The notes beneath the pieces are model-generated. The model had not been told where the DNA came from. It saw only the letters and a list, made by a program, of their open reading frames with translations, and did not search any database. This document shows positions 25,850-38,333 of a stretch of 62,006 bases of DNA, piece after piece. Made by a program: the position numbers and the translations under genes. Numbering within the stretch: position 1 is the first letter of the stretch; each line of letters opens with the position of its first letter. Source of the stretch: a virus (lineage: Duplodnaviria > Caudoviricetes); IMG/VR virus record IMGVR_UViG_3300028394_000083, positions 1 through 62,006 of that record. One strand, written 5' to 3'.

Positions 25850-26728
25850 TTATAGACTTAATAACATATCTATTAACTCCTGTTGAGGGAACATATCCAC
25901 CTTACCACGAATAACGTTTGTGTGTGAATACATACCTGGTGTTGAGTTGGCTTTTGCTAAATCTAAAACATCAAATCCGTCAGCCCCTTTTTCTTTTACC
26001 CATTGGACTAACCCAACTCTTGGATCTATGTTATATTTATTAGCACAATATAAAATCCAATTTCTTAATACTCTAATTTGTTCGTCTGAGTAACGGTGCC
26101 AAAATTGAAAACCTCTAAACGGTTTTGCTAATTTTACGATTTGTGATGGATCTGCTGGTGTATTTACATATGTCTTACCATTTACAATCTGACCCATATT
26201 ACATACTTCGATAGCCACAGAATTTCTGTGCATTACTGAGTTACCTGTACCGGTGTGCCATCCATATCCTCCTTCAGGAAAACATTGGATTAACTCACCA
26301 TCAAATTTTATATCTCCATTTTTAACCGATTGACCACCTAATATAAATTCTGTAGCGACATTACCTCTATTATCTCTTGCCCACATATCAGCGACTTGAT
26401 ATGGGTTTTCCCATCCTGCCGTGTGGTGTAAAAATATCCATTGTTTTTTAACTGGACCTTTAAAGTACGTGTCTTCAGGCATGTAATGTTTAATAATTTG
26501 TAATGCGGATTGTACTTCACTATTTTCAGCATTATCTGTATTTAAAATTCCCATAACCAACCACGTATTTTTTCCTACAACACCATCTACTGTTAACCCC
26601 GATTTCTTTTGAAACGATTTAACCGCAGTTTCAGTTTTTGATCCAAAGTCACCATCAACCGTGATTTTTAAAAATTCTTGTAAGGTTCTTACGGATTCCC
26701 CTTTACTCCCTTTTTTTAATACTTCCAT
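25850..26728 (-). CDS. endolysin: peptidoglycan-binding domain plus N-acetylmuramoyl-L-alanine amidase
   Basis: LKKGSKG...VDGDFG...FQ...VDGVVG; IFLHHTAG, SVAIEVC, SH...KVD. Confidence 0.88.
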   Translation of the reverse strand: MEVLKKGSKGESVRTLQEFLKITVDGDFGSKTETAVKSFQKKSGLTVDGVVGKNTWLVMGILNTDNAENSEVQSALQIIKHYMPEDTYFKGPVKKQWIFLHHTAGWENPYQVADMWARDNRGNVATEFILGGQSVKNGDIKFDGELIQCFPEGGYGWHTGTGNSVMHRNSVAIEVCNMGQIVNGKTYVNTPADPSQIVKLAKPFRGFQFWHRYSDEQIRVLRNWILYCANKYNIDPRVGLVQWVKEKGADGFDVLDLAKANSTPGMYSHTNVIRGKVDMFPQQELIDMLLSL

Positions 26729-26817
26729 AATAATAAGTTTTTATATAATTATCTATTATTTTAAAATTTTATAAAGAGTCAATATTTATTAATAAATAAA
26801 CTTTTAAATTTTCAATT

Positions 26818-26985
26818 ATGAAACTTACAAAAGAACAAGTATTAGGGATCGTTAGACACACATTAACATTTGTTGGTGGTATTGTTGTAATGAAAGGTCT
26901 TGTTGATGAGACGGTCGTTACTGAAATCATCGGTGGTGTTATGACGTTAGTCGGAACTATTTGGTCAGTTATTAACAAAAAATAA
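26818..26985 (+). CDS. putative small holin (55 aa, not in ORF track)
   Basis: MKLTKEQVLGIVRHTLTFVGGIVVMKGLVDETVVTEIIGGVMTLVGTIWSVINKK; two TM segments; next to endolysin; TATTTAT at 26783. Confidence 0.7.
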   Translation: MKLTKEQVLGIVRHTLTFVGGIVVMKGLVDETVVTEIIGGVMTLVGTIWSVINKK

Positions 26986-27057
26986 TTTTGTTAAATTAAT
27001 ACTTAACCCCCATAAATAGTGGGGGTTTTTTAATTTATAATATATTTATTAATTAGT

Positions 27058-27666
27058 ATGGAAAATTATGTAGGAATAGTGATCGCATTTATAACAGGTG
27101 TGATAGGACCAATCTTGGTTCTTTATATAAAGAGTAAGTTGGAGAAGAAGGAGAAACCTGATATGGTTAAGGAAACTTTAAGGGTTTCGGAGTTGGTTAC
27201 AAACAAAATAGAACATATAAAAGAAGAGTTTAATGCCGATAGAGTTTGGATAACTCAGTTTCACAACGGAGGAAATTTTTATCCAACAGGTAAATCAATG
27301 GCAAAGTTTTCAATCATGTATGAAACGGTACATCCAGGTGTTCAATCAGTACAAAGTAACTTTCACAATATACCCGTTAATTTATTTTCAAAATCAATCA
27401 ACCAACTATTAAGTAACGACGTTATAGAAATACCGGACTATAAAGACGAGACAATTGCGACTTATGGTTTAAAATATATTGCAGAAGATACTGGATGTAA
27501 ATCAGGTTATTTATTTGCTATTAAAACTATTGATGATAGATTTATTGGGACTTTAGGTGTTGAATATACAAAAAGAAAAACGAAATTAAATATTGAATCA
27601 ATAAATCATTTATTAGTACACGCAACATCACTTGGTGGTGTTTTAATGACTCACTTACAACAATGA
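27058..27666 (+). CDS. N-terminal TM plus GAF-like domain protein (T4 holin T-like architecture)
   Basis: Single TM; ADRVWITQFHNGG...FIGTLGVEY; within lysis cluster. Confidence 0.6.
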   Translation: MENYVGIVIAFITGVIGPILVLYIKSKLEKKEKPDMVKETLRVSELVTNKIEHIKEEFNADRVWITQFHNGGNFYPTGKSMAKFSIMYETVHPGVQSVQSNFHNIPVNLFSKSINQLLSNDVIEIPDYKDETIATYGLKYIAEDTGCKSGYLFAIKTIDDRFIGTLGVEYTKRKTKLNIESINHLLVHATSLGGVLMTHLQQ

Positions 27667-28316
27667 GACAACAAATTATAGAATCACTTATTGGTAGAAT
27701 TACAAACCGGTTAATCAACGAAAGAAAGTCAGATGAGTTATCAATAAAACTTTCCCGAATGGTTATCAAGCAATTTAAAAAAGATGAGGACTTTGAGTTG
27801 TATGATTTAAGATTTGACAGGGGAGATGAGTATGCGGTCTTTGATTTCAAGTGTTATTTTTTGGAGGATATTGATTTGGACGATCCATTCTCAATACATG
27901 CTGAAGCAGATATGGAAGAGATATATATGGAGATTACATTCAACCCACAACATTTTCCTGAGAGTATGAGTGATTTGGTTGCTGAAGTGAAAGAAACCAT
28001 TGAACACGAGTTAGAACACGTTGAGCAACAAAATTTTGAGGATATGGAATTTGAACGTGAAGATGATATTGAGGACGATGAAGAATACAATTTTAAATAC
28101 CTGACATCTAACATAGAAATACCGGCATATGTAAGAGGGTTAATCAAAAGAGCCAACACCAAAAAAATATCATTATCTGATGCTATGGAAGAATGGTTTA
28201 AAGAAAACAAAAGAAATTTTAAAGAGTCTAAAAAAGATTGGCCAAGAGTTAAAAAAGTTTGGATGAAATATGCTTCTGAAATGAGAGGAAAAGAAAAAAT
28301 CAAAAAATTTAAATAA
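27663..28316 (+). CDS. leader-bearing HExxH metallopeptidase-like protein
   Basis: ...RLINE start; EHELEH...EIPAY. Confidence 0.65.
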   Translation: MRQQIIESLIGRITNRLINERKSDELSIKLSRMVIKQFKKDEDFELYDLRFDRGDEYAVFDFKCYFLEDIDLDDPFSIHAEADMEEIYMEITFNPQHFPESMSDLVAEVKETIEHELEHVEQQNFEDMEFEREDDIEDDEEYNFKYLTSNIEIPAYVRGLIKRANTKKISLSDAMEEWFKENKRNFKESKKDWPRVKKVWMKYASEMRGKEKIKKFK

Positions 28317-28369
28317 TATTTGTTTATTCAAAAAAGGTTTTATATATTTGTTATAATAAAAAAAATCAT

Positions 28370-31300
28370 ATGACAAAGTTTAAAAAATGGGTAAGACGCA
28401 AAATCAAAAGGTTAAAGGTTAAATACCTTATTTGGTGTAGAGGATATAAGTGGTTTAAAACTCCTGAAGATATTACGGGGTATGAAAACATCACAACCGC
28501 AATCATTAGAAAAATGATTAATCACCCCGATTCTAAATTTACAATTGCACCACTTTCCGGTAAAAGATACATTGTAAATAAAACGTTAGACATATTTGTT
28601 ATAATGGAAGACAGTAAAATAGAAATTACTAACCACGTCTATCACTATGTCTCTACTTTAGGACAAAGAGACGTTGAAAAAATTACAAAACTTTATGACA
28701 CGAAAGTTGAAGATCAAAGAATCAGCTATGAATATCAAATCAAGTCTCAAATATCAAACACCTTACAATCAATTTATGACAAAATATCCAAATAATCTTC
28801 CGGTAATTAATACACCAAAGGGTGTTGGGCAAATTGAAAATCTTTACGTGTCTGAACTTGGATTTTTGATGGTAAGGGTTTATTTTGATAACGGCACGTA
28901 CACAACCTATAATATGGGAAAACACGATATTCAAAACAACCTGATCACCAACCAATTATTTGAAGATGAAAGTAGAACTTTTGATTGATAACGAGATCAT
29001 TGAGGGAGTCGTTGAGATTGATGAAAGATTTTATGGTGGTAAAAAAGTAATTTATCAAGATAAAGAAAAAAGAATGTGTGTTATATCAATAAATTTAGTT
29101 ACTATTGTATTATGAAGAAAATTATTTATATATTTGTTCTGTGGTTGGTAACGAGTTGTTCTAACTGGGAATATAAGGAATTTACATATTTAAGATGTAA
29201 AAAGTTGGATAAAGTTCACGTTCATTTGTATTATCACGAAACGTGTGAGTGGAATTGTTTGACTATGAGTGAAACCCACTCTATTGTTTTTGACACAGCA
29301 AATGTTAAATATAAAACAGATAAAAAAGGAAATATTAAACAAATAAAGATAATAAAATGAAGAAAGTATTTTTGGCGATTTTAATGGGTGTTATGGTAAC
29401 ATCTTGTACAGAAAACGAAAGAGTGAAGAGTTTTGGTGGAGAAGGAACTATCAACTTACCAAAAGGTCGTAAATTAGTGACCGTTACTTGGAAAGAAACT
29501 CAGGTTTGGTATTTGACACGTCAGATGGATTCTAACGATGTGGCACAGACATACCAATTCCACGAAGAATCATCTTGGGGTGTAATTGAAGGAACTTATA
29601 ACATTGTAGAGACTAAATAATATGACAGAAAGAGAATTAATACTTTTAGGGTTTAAAAGTGAGGAAATGAGGGAACACGATGAAGACGAGTCTTATTACT
29701 ACGTTCTTGATATCGTTGACGGATTAACCTTTATTACGACATCCAATGAGGAGATAAAGGAAGACAATTGGTATGTTGATTTTTTCAATACTGATCCACT
29801 TGTTAGATTTCACGATTTCGGAGAAGTTCAAGGACTGATAAACCAACTAACAAAAGCAATAGTAAAAAATGGAAAATAAAAGATTATTATACGATAGTTT
29901 GTCAAACCAACATAGATTAATTACTAATCAAATTGGTGATATAAAGGCAAAAAACTTTGAACTAACTGAGGAAGACAAGAAAGAAATCCAAAAGTTAGAA
30001 ACAAGAATGATTGAGATAACGAACCAACTTAAAAGTTTGTTTTAAGATGAGAAGTATACCAACACACGATCCACAGACCGGAGAGCTTAATCCCTATTAC
30101 GAAGAACTAACCGGTGAGAAAAATCCATTATCAAAAGATGTAGAAAATGAAAGTTTTGATATTCCAAGATTTGTCGGTAGAAAATTTAGGTATAATGGAA
30201 AATACGGGTTATCAACATGGACCGACACAGTTAAAAGGATATCATATAGACAAGGGATAGTATTTGATCCACCATTTGATTTAAAAGCAATAGGAATAGG
30301 TAAAAACTTTAAGGCGGAAAAATTAAACATTATAGGATATAACATTGAATTAGATGTAATCTCTTCAAGATCCGGACAAGTTTATGAGTTTGATAAGTGT
30401 GTATTTATTAACGATTAAAATATGGAAAAAAGAAGTACACACTACGGAGACGTATCAAAATGGATTAAAAAAATAATTGATTCTTGCGAGACGTATCAAC
30501 AGACATTTACTGCTAAAAAATTGATTAGTAATTTTGCAAAACAATTAAGGACTAAATCTTCAGATAAATACTGGAACAGTTATCAATACACAGTTATTGA
30601 CCCACTTAAAGAGAGGGTAGAAAATAAAAGAAAAGAATTATCAAAATTATAAAAGAAAAGAAAATATGAACAACAACCCATTTGATCCAAATATGTTTAA
30701 AAATTTGGAAAACGTAATGAAAGGTTTTCAACAACCACAAAACAATAACGGATTTTTTAATTTTAATAAGATTAAAAAATATTTAATAACATTTATTGTT
30801 TCAATATTTGTGTCAGGATTTGCGTTAGGATTGGCGATTGGATTATTATTTTAAACGATGTTAGATAATATAGTAGAATATTACCAAGACGAGGAGATCT
30901 TAAAGGCTGATGGGTTTGATGATGCGGTTATTGGTATTGAAGGTGGTACTATGAGACTAATATATTCTGTACGAATGTGTATTGAAATATTGGTATTGGA
31001 TGGTATGGATATGGTTGATGCTATAGAACATTTTGATTATAATGTTAGAGGATCATATGTGGGCGAAAAAACACCAATATGGTGCGATGATATGTTTGAA
31101 ATTTAATATGAAAAAAAATGAAAAAAGAAAAAGTAATTGAGGTGAATTTAGGGGTTGGAATGAATATGTTATTCCCCGAAACAGTAAAGATCGTTATTGA
31201 AGACGATACAGATTATGAAAAACTTAAAAAATCTTATGAAAGATATCTTGAGTTTTGTAAAACATTGGAAGAACCAGATTATGATTATTTGATGGACGAC

Positions 31301-32115
31301 CCAAACGAGCATAAAGTAAGAGAATTTACATTGGAAGAATTTATTGAAATCATTGAAAAAGATAAAAAGTTTCAAGAAAAATTTGCATCTAAAAAATCAA
31401 GTAAGGTTAAACCTGAAATAGAAATTGAGAAAGAATAATATATGTCATTTTACAGAATTAAAATAGAAGAAAAAAATAACGGAGAAAAACGTTATATACC
31501 ACAAGTTGGGACACCTAAGTTGAGAACGGGTAGAACCATTTGGTTGTACACCAATTGGGAAAATATACTTACACATCACAATCGTTATATAGCATTAAAT
31601 GGTATGACAGAATCACATAATACCGAAGAAGGAGCTCTTAATGTGATTGAAGGGTTTAAAAAAAGTATTTTAGAAGAGGAGGGTAATAAAGTTAAATCCA
31701 CAACTTATAAAACAATTGACTGATGAAAAAAGTTTATATATTTTTTTGGTGGTTACGGAATTATCCAGAAATAGTTTGGATGAAAATTAAATCAAAATTT
31801 AAAAGATGACGGAAGAAGAAAAGGATATTAGAATAAAAGAACTTGAGGAATTTCTTGAAGATGTTATTGAACATCCTTATATGTACGGATCACCAATATG
31901 GGAAGAAGGTTGTAAATTACTAAACAAAGATGAAGATGACGAATAAAATGAAAGAGTTTCTTGATAAAGTGGATAAAATTTGTTATGAATATCGTTATGA
32001 AATAAAACCCACCCATCCTGTTCCAGATGATGAATATCCCACTTTAACAATTATAGGTGATGGTGAAACGGTAAAGTTAACATACATTGACGGAGAGGGA
32101 ATTGGTATTAAATAA
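28370..32115 (+). other. block of about 15 small co-oriented hypothetical CDSs, including lipoproteins at 29112-29360 and 29357-29620
   Basis: Tightly packed ORFs after TATATTTG at 28343; VTSC lipoboxes. Confidence 0.7.
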
Positions 32116-32139
32116 CAAAATCAAATCAATTGGAACATT

Positions 32140-32970
32140 ATGAATAAAGCCGATAAATATTATATCCAAAATCTATCAAATATTATGTCAGATGGATCTT
32201 GGGATGAAAATCCAAGACCAAAATATCCTGATGGAATACCGGCAAATTCAAAATTTATTACAGGAGTTTTTGAAGAGTATGACATATCAAAAGAAGAATT
32301 TCCAATTCCAACATTAAGAAATACTGCAATTAAAACCGGTATTAAAGAAATTTTATGGATATATCAAAAACAAACTTCATCATTGAGTGTGGCTCGTGAA
32401 ATGGGTATTAACTGGTGGGAAGAATGGAATATTGGTGATGATACAATCGGACAAAGATATGGCGCAACAATCGGAAGATACAATCTAATTGATAGATTAT
32501 TGGTGGGATTAATTGATGATCCGTTTGGTAGAAGACATATCATCAATATGTTTCAGTATCACGATTTATTTGAAACAAAAGGTTTATTTCCTTGTGCGTA
32601 CGAAATACTATTCTCGGTAAGAAGAAATAATGGAGAATTAACTCTTGATATGACACTTATCCAACGTAGCAACGATTTTATTACTGCCGGCTATATTAAC
32701 AAAATTCAATATACGGCACTTTTAATGATGGTTGCGGGACATTGTGGTTATAAAGTTGGTAAGTTTTGTCATTTGGTTCAGAATCTACATATATACGATA
32801 GACATTTTGATGGTGTTTCAGAACTATTAAACAAGGAACCATTAGACATACAACCAAAGTTAATTTTAAAAGAAAATAAAAACTTCTACGACTACACAAT
32901 TGATGATTTTGAGATTACCGGAATTGACAGTATAACTAAAATAAATTCAAAATTAGAGTTGGCAATTTAG
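32140..32970 (+). CDS. thyA: thymidylate synthase
   Basis: LFPCAY, QRSND and NLHIYDRH motifs. Confidence 0.95.
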   Translation: MNKADKYYIQNLSNIMSDGSWDENPRPKYPDGIPANSKFITGVFEEYDISKEEFPIPTLRNTAIKTGIKEILWIYQKQTSSLSVAREMGINWWEEWNIGDDTIGQRYGATIGRYNLIDRLLVGLIDDPFGRRHIINMFQYHDLFETKGLFPCAYEILFSVRRNNGELTLDMTLIQRSNDFITAGYINKIQYTALLMMVAGHCGYKVGKFCHLVQNLHIYDRHFDGVSELLNKEPLDIQPKLILKENKNFYDYTIDDFEITGIDSITKINSKLELAI

Positions 32971-33078
32971 TATTTACACCGATTCCCGTAGGGGTTTACC
33001 CCCATTTTAACTAAAAATACTTTTCAAATCAAAATAAATTGTTTAAGTTTGTATAAGAAATTAAAAAATAAAAAAAAT

Positions 33079-35723
33079 ATGAAAACAGCAGTAGAATGGT
33101 TGGTTGAGCAGTTGAATTTACATGAATATGAAGATGTAATTGAACAAGCCAAAGAAATGTTTGAAGATCAGATAATGGAGGCTTTTAATGATGGAGTAAA
33201 TGATGAATGTATAGGAGGGAATAAAACTCCTGAACAATACTACAAAGAAACCTTTAAATCAGAATAGAATCAAAATAGTCAGGTGGCGGAATGGTAGACG
33301 CACTAGAAGAAACACTTGGTAGATTCCAAAACTGTTTAATTCAGTTATGTACTTGGAATTGTACGGAATACAGGTTCGAGTCCTGTCCTGACTACAAAAA
33401 TTAAAAAAGTAGAATATGAAAACAGAAGAATTAGTAAAAAAATGTCAGGACAGAATGAAGTCCATAAGAGATAAAATTGAAACTAAAAGAAAATCTAAAA
33501 AAGTGTACAGTGAGGAAGAAGTGTTAGAATTTGCTAATTGGTTAAAACAATCATTAACTGCTAAACAATTCTATTCTACTGATACAGAATATTTACTTGA
33601 ACAATTTAAAAAGAAGTAGTATGGAAGGAAAATACCTAATAACAACAGAAAAATACTTTACAGCACCAGATGGATTATCCTATCAAGCGGTTTGGGGTGA
33701 TGTTAAAATCGTGGAAGACGCAATCCTTGGAGTTAAAACCAACAGGAATAGTGCCAACTGGTATGCGGTTGTTGGTGGAAATGGTAAAGAAATTATAATT
33801 GCGGGATGTCAGATCTTTTATGCGATTAAATGTGAAGAGAAACCAAACACCGGTAGAGTAATGGAATGGCACAGTTCAGACAACGGAAGTGTTGTTGAGA
33901 ATGAAAGACCAACTAAAATTTATATTGCCCAATAATATGATACACCAAATAAAAACCTTTGATGATAAGACCCTTGTGGAACTGAAAATTATTGATCACG
34001 GAACAGAATTTTATACTTCAAACGAACTTTCCGTTCTTAAACAAAAAATTATGGATGCAAACCAAGAACACGGTTTACAATTTGAGAATGACTTCTCATA
34101 TTTAAATGGAATTAAAGAAGAAACAATAAACGATAAATTCACTGAGATAAGTGAAAAATGGGGATTAACTTACGAAAAGGTTTAACTATGAAAGAACTAT
34201 CAAATAGACATAAAAACGCACTTAAAAACACATTTCCTGACCTTGAAATTCAAAAGGAAGTTGAACCACAAACACAACTTGATGAACTAAACGACTATTT
34301 GAGGTTATTAGCCGATATGGATAATATTGGTATTAGAAGAAAACTTTTTCTTCTTGAGGGATATATGAATAAAGTTATAAATAAATTAAAAAATAAATAA
34401 AATGAACAGAAGACAAAGAGAACGATTAGAGGAGCTAGGAAGGGCATTTCACGACGCAGTTGAAAGTATTATTAACCTAGAAGAATCTATCCTGGTTGAA
34501 GAACCCGCACTTAAAGCATATGATAGAGAAGAAGATTGCAGACCAATGCCTGTTGTAGACATGAATGATAAATTAGCTCAATATGATGTAACCATTAAAC
34601 ACGTACATAATGGGTTTATTGTTAGTGTTGGTTGTCAAACATTTGTATTTGAATCATTTGATAAATTGGCAAAGTATATGGCAATATATTATGATAATCC
34701 AAGTGAGGTTGAGGATAAACACCGAAAAGGAACATTCATTATTTAAATAAAATTAAAAAATAAATAAAATGAAACTAGGAGAATTTATAGAAAAATTTAG
34801 TCATAATAATTTGATTAGATTACATTACAAGATAAAAGGTGGAAACCGACTTGTTTTAGAAGATTGGAATGATGTATCAATGGACTGGGAAGTTAATAAA
34901 GCAAAAGGAAAATTTAGACATTATGTAAACAATGAAGTTTTGGGGTTAGCATCAATACTTCTTTATGGTACTAAAGGTCAATCCTACCCAGAAGCAATTA
35001 ACATCGTAATTGAAGAATTGGGAAATCAACCTATGATTGATGAGGTTGAAGACGATATAACAAATATGTGTGAATCAGTAGAGTAATATGAAAAAACTAT
35101 TCAAATTTTTAGGTTGGTTAGAACAACAAAGAATAAACGCGATGTCACAATCAAGTAGAGGGTGGGGATAAAAAGAATACACGTTAACCAACACAACGTC
35201 AGGTCCAATAAAACAAAGGACACAGATCTTCCAGTTATTACAATTAAGGAAGGTAAAACAAATACGTACTGCAATGAAGTTGAAATACTTGGACCGAGTA
35301 TAATAAAGTATTGTGGTAGCGGAGATAAGAAACCATTATTAAGTTGTGGAGCAAGAGTGGTTATTGAAACAGAAAGTGAGATAAAAATAATAAGTTAATA
35401 TGACAGATAAAGACATTTTAAAATACGGAGAAATACAATATCTTAAAGGTAGATTAGATGAATTATTCAAAGCATTACCAACGGTTTCCGATTTAAGTAG
35501 AAGTAGGAAATTAGACCAAAGAGTTGAAAAATATTTACACAAACTTAAAAATGTGGATGAGGTTGCGTATTACTCGTACCAAGTGGAATTACAATCAAGA
35601 CATAAATCCAAAGATAGGTCCAAAAGAGAAATTAAAGATCTTTTAGATCAAATTTTAATTAATGAAAATATAATGAATGAAGATATTCTTGAAAGAATCA
35701 AACAACAAATTGATAAATATTAA
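33079..35723 (+). other. block of about 10 small hypothetical CDSs
   Basis: Tightly packed co-oriented ORFs of 60-115 aa. Confidence 0.7.
33277..33394 (+). ncRNA. second tRNA-Leu-like shell with a different insert
   Basis: Ends identical to 24054-24168; insert holds aactg-tttaatt-cagtt within attccaa/ttggaat. Confidence 0.7.
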
Positions 35724-35746
35724 AATAAAATTTGTATCTTTGTATT

Positions 35747-36451
35747 ATGAAAATGAGAATCACATTTATTAGCGACACACATACTAAACACGATAAATTA
35801 AATGGTTTTTTACCTGGCGGTGATTTGTTACTGCACTCTGGAGATTTATCTAGTAGAGGTTATATCACTGAACTTGAAGCCTTCTTCAAATGGTATGATA
35901 AAATAGATAACTACGACACAAAGGCTTTCATATGTGGTAATCACGACTTTGGTTTTCAAGATGATGCTGAAAAAGTAAAAGGATTACTTACTGGTTATAA
36001 AACCATAGATTATCTACAAGATGATTGGATGGGTGTTGGTGAAGATATGGATAACATGGTTAAAATATGGGGTAGTCCTTGGCAACCTGAGTTTCATAAT
36101 TGGGCATTCAATCTTCCTCGTGGTGAGAAATTAAAAGAGAAGTGGGATATGATACCTGCTGATGTTGATATATTGGTGACTCACGGACCACCTTTTGGTA
36201 AATTGGACTACATACCGTATGATGGAAAAAATGTTGGATGTGAAGAATTATTGTTAAAAGTCCAAGAAATCAAACCTAAAATCCACGTTTTTGGGCACAT
36301 CCACGAAGGTTACGGATATGTGTTTGATGGAAATACCCACTACATCAATGCTGCGGTCTTAAACGGACGATATGAGTTCCGAAACAAACCAATAACTGTT
36401 GATTGGGATCCTGAAACAAATGAGTTGGAATTTGTTGATAATGCAGGTTAA
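35747..36451 (+). CDS. calcineurin-like metallophosphoesterase
   Basis: SDTH, GD, GNHD, THGPP and GHIHE motifs. Confidence 0.92.
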   Translation: MKMRITFISDTHTKHDKLNGFLPGGDLLLHSGDLSSRGYITELEAFFKWYDKIDNYDTKAFICGNHDFGFQDDAEKVKGLLTGYKTIDYLQDDWMGVGEDMDNMVKIWGSPWQPEFHNWAFNLPRGEKLKEKWDMIPADVDILVTHGPPFGKLDYIPYDGKNVGCEELLLKVQEIKPKIHVFGHIHEGYGYVFDGNTHYINAAVLNGRYEFRNKPITVDWDPETNELEFVDNAG

Positions 36452-36906
36452 TTGATCTGCATTATTTCTATTACGTCAACACCAAACCCTTTATTCTTTA
36501 ATGTGACCTCCTGTTCGTTAGGATATAAAATGTTATTCTTTATTGATTCGTAATTATCTATTAGTTGTTTTTGTGCTTTAACTTTTATCACATAACAATT
36601 ATCACCATAACTACTACCCCTTAAAGATGTGTAGTGACTATCTAATAAATCTTTCTTATCCATCGCGAAGTGTGAACCTGGATATTGAGTATCAATTTCA
36701 TCTTTACTACCGGCAAATAATATTCTGTAAAGTAATATTGTTTCAGGTAAATTATCGTAGAAATCTGTAATGTCGTTTAGTTCATATAACGCATCATCAT
36801 TATCAAAACCCATCTCATATAAATAACCAAGTAAATTATCGGTGTTGTCCTCACTTAATCTTATATAACTCTCTTCTTTTAATATTTTTCTAATTAGTTC
36901 TTTCAT
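36448..36906 (-). CDS. leader-bearing putative ADP-ribosyltransferase-fold protein
   Basis: MKELIRKILKEE; LYR...GSHF...EQEV resembles the R-S-ExE triad. Confidence 0.5.
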   Translation of the reverse strand: MKELIRKILKEESYIRLSEDNTDNLLGYLYEMGFDNDDALYELNDITDFYDNLPETILLYRILFAGSKDEIDTQYPGSHFAMDKKDLLDSHYTSLRGSSYGDNCYVIKVKAQKQLIDNYESIKNNILYPNEQEVTLKNKGFGVDVIEIMQIN

Positions 36907-37367
36907 AAAAATGCTTTAACAAGTGGTTCAAAAACTTTATCTAATATATAGTCAGGTAATCTTCTAAGTGGTGCAAGATAGTCATCATACATATCATCAA
37001 GCATATTACCATCTTCGTCAAATTCAAAAACCCTTACTTTTACAAATCCCTCACTAACAGAAGTAATAAATTCCTCATAGGTATAATTATCATCTGCATT
37101 ATAACTATCAACAGGACCTAATGAAATATCATCTCCAAGTATTTCATAAAAATGTATATGACCATCAGGATCATTATCATTAACAAGTTCATTAATCAAA
37201 TCTATTTTATGTTCGTTACTATCAAAGTAATTGGGTAATATCTCATTAAAAATATCAAAACCACCAATCATTTTTATTGTTTCCAGAACTCCAAGTTCAG
37301 GAATATAATCCATTATAGTTTGTTTTAAACTTTCTTCTTTTAATATTTTTTTAATCAGTCGCTTCAT
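36903..37367 (-). CDS. leader-bearing hypothetical protein
   Basis: MKRLIKKILKEESLK. Confidence 0.78.
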   Translation of the reverse strand: MKRLIKKILKEESLKQTIMDYIPELGVLETIKMIGGFDIFNEILPNYFDSNEHKIDLINELVNDNDPDGHIHFYEILGDDISLGPVDSYNADDNYTYEEFITSVSEGFVKVRVFEFDEDGNMLDDMYDDYLAPLRRLPDYILDKVFEPLVKAFL

Positions 37368-37918
37368 TTTGTTTCTAACTTATCTATAATTTTTTGAACA
37401 TCATCTTTTTCCATTCTTCCGTAAAAGGTGGGTGCATTATTCATATTTATACCATTGATTTCTACTAAGGTAAGATAATTATCAGATCCTTTTTTTTCTA
37501 ATTCGGGACAATCAAAATGAGCAATCTCAAAAGAACCTGATATTTCAAAACTATCTATTATATATGCGTTGAAGAAGTTTATTTCTTCTTCTGTTAGTTT
37601 AGACTCATCGTATTTAACATTTATATCTGCCCAACTGTTAGTTCTCCATTTGTTCCAATGTTCATTTATAATATCAAAATCTAAAGTTATACAAGGACAA
37701 TTTTCAAGAGTATAATTAATATTAACTTTTCCGTTTGCACCTCCGATTCTTTTTAAAATATTTGGATTATCCTTGAATATGGTTTTTAAATTATCAACTC
37801 CTCCAACATATACTAACACAGAAAACAACCCATCTTCTTTAATCATATCATAAAGGCTTTGTTGAATGCTTTTTTTTAAACTTTCCTCTTTTAATATTTT
37901 TCTAATTATACTTTTCAT
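37364..37918 (-). CDS. leader-bearing hypothetical protein
   Basis: MKSIIRKILKEESLK. Confidence 0.78.
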   Translation of the reverse strand: MKSIIRKILKEESLKKSIQQSLYDMIKEDGLFSVLVYVGGVDNLKTIFKDNPNILKRIGGANGKVNINYTLENCPCITLDFDIINEHWNKWRTNSWADINVKYDESKLTEEEINFFNAYIIDSFEISGSFEIAHFDCPELEKKGSDNYLTLVEINGINMNNAPTFYGRMEKDDVQKIIDKLETK

Positions 37919-37919
37919 A

Positions 37920-38333
37920 TTACACGTAAATACCAAATAAAGTTTTTATTTCAATCCCGTGACGATCAAACAACCAATCTTTAAGTACCCGTTTTGCGCC
38001 ATTCGGACTAAGTTTAAATCCATTAAATAAAAACATAGAAAGTTCATAGTCAACCTCAACTACCTTTAGATTAAAAGGTATATCTAAAAATGGTCTACCT
38101 TCATTATTAGAAAAATAAATGGAAGTCCTACCATAATGTCTTCTTAACCCCAGCGAATCAATAAATTCCATTGGATCATTGTTAAACGCAAGTTTTGCCA
38201 AATCTTTAGGACCATTAACTAAATCTGCAGCAAATTCCCACCCATCTTCTTTAACGGTTTGTTTTAAAGTTTGTTTTAGATTTTCTAGTTTTAAACTCTC
38301 TTCTTTTAATATTTTTCTAATCAGTTGTTTCAT
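37920..38333 (-). CDS. leader-bearing hypothetical protein
   Basis: MKQLIRKILKEESLK; TATTTAT on minus strand near 38343-38349. Confidence 0.78.
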   Translation of the reverse strand: MKQLIRKILKEESLKLENLKQTLKQTVKEDGWEFAADLVNGPKDLAKLAFNNDPMEFIDSLGLRRHYGRTSIYFSNNEGRPFLDIPFNLKVVEVDYELSMFLFNGFKLSPNGAKRVLKDWLFDRHGIEIKTLFGIYV

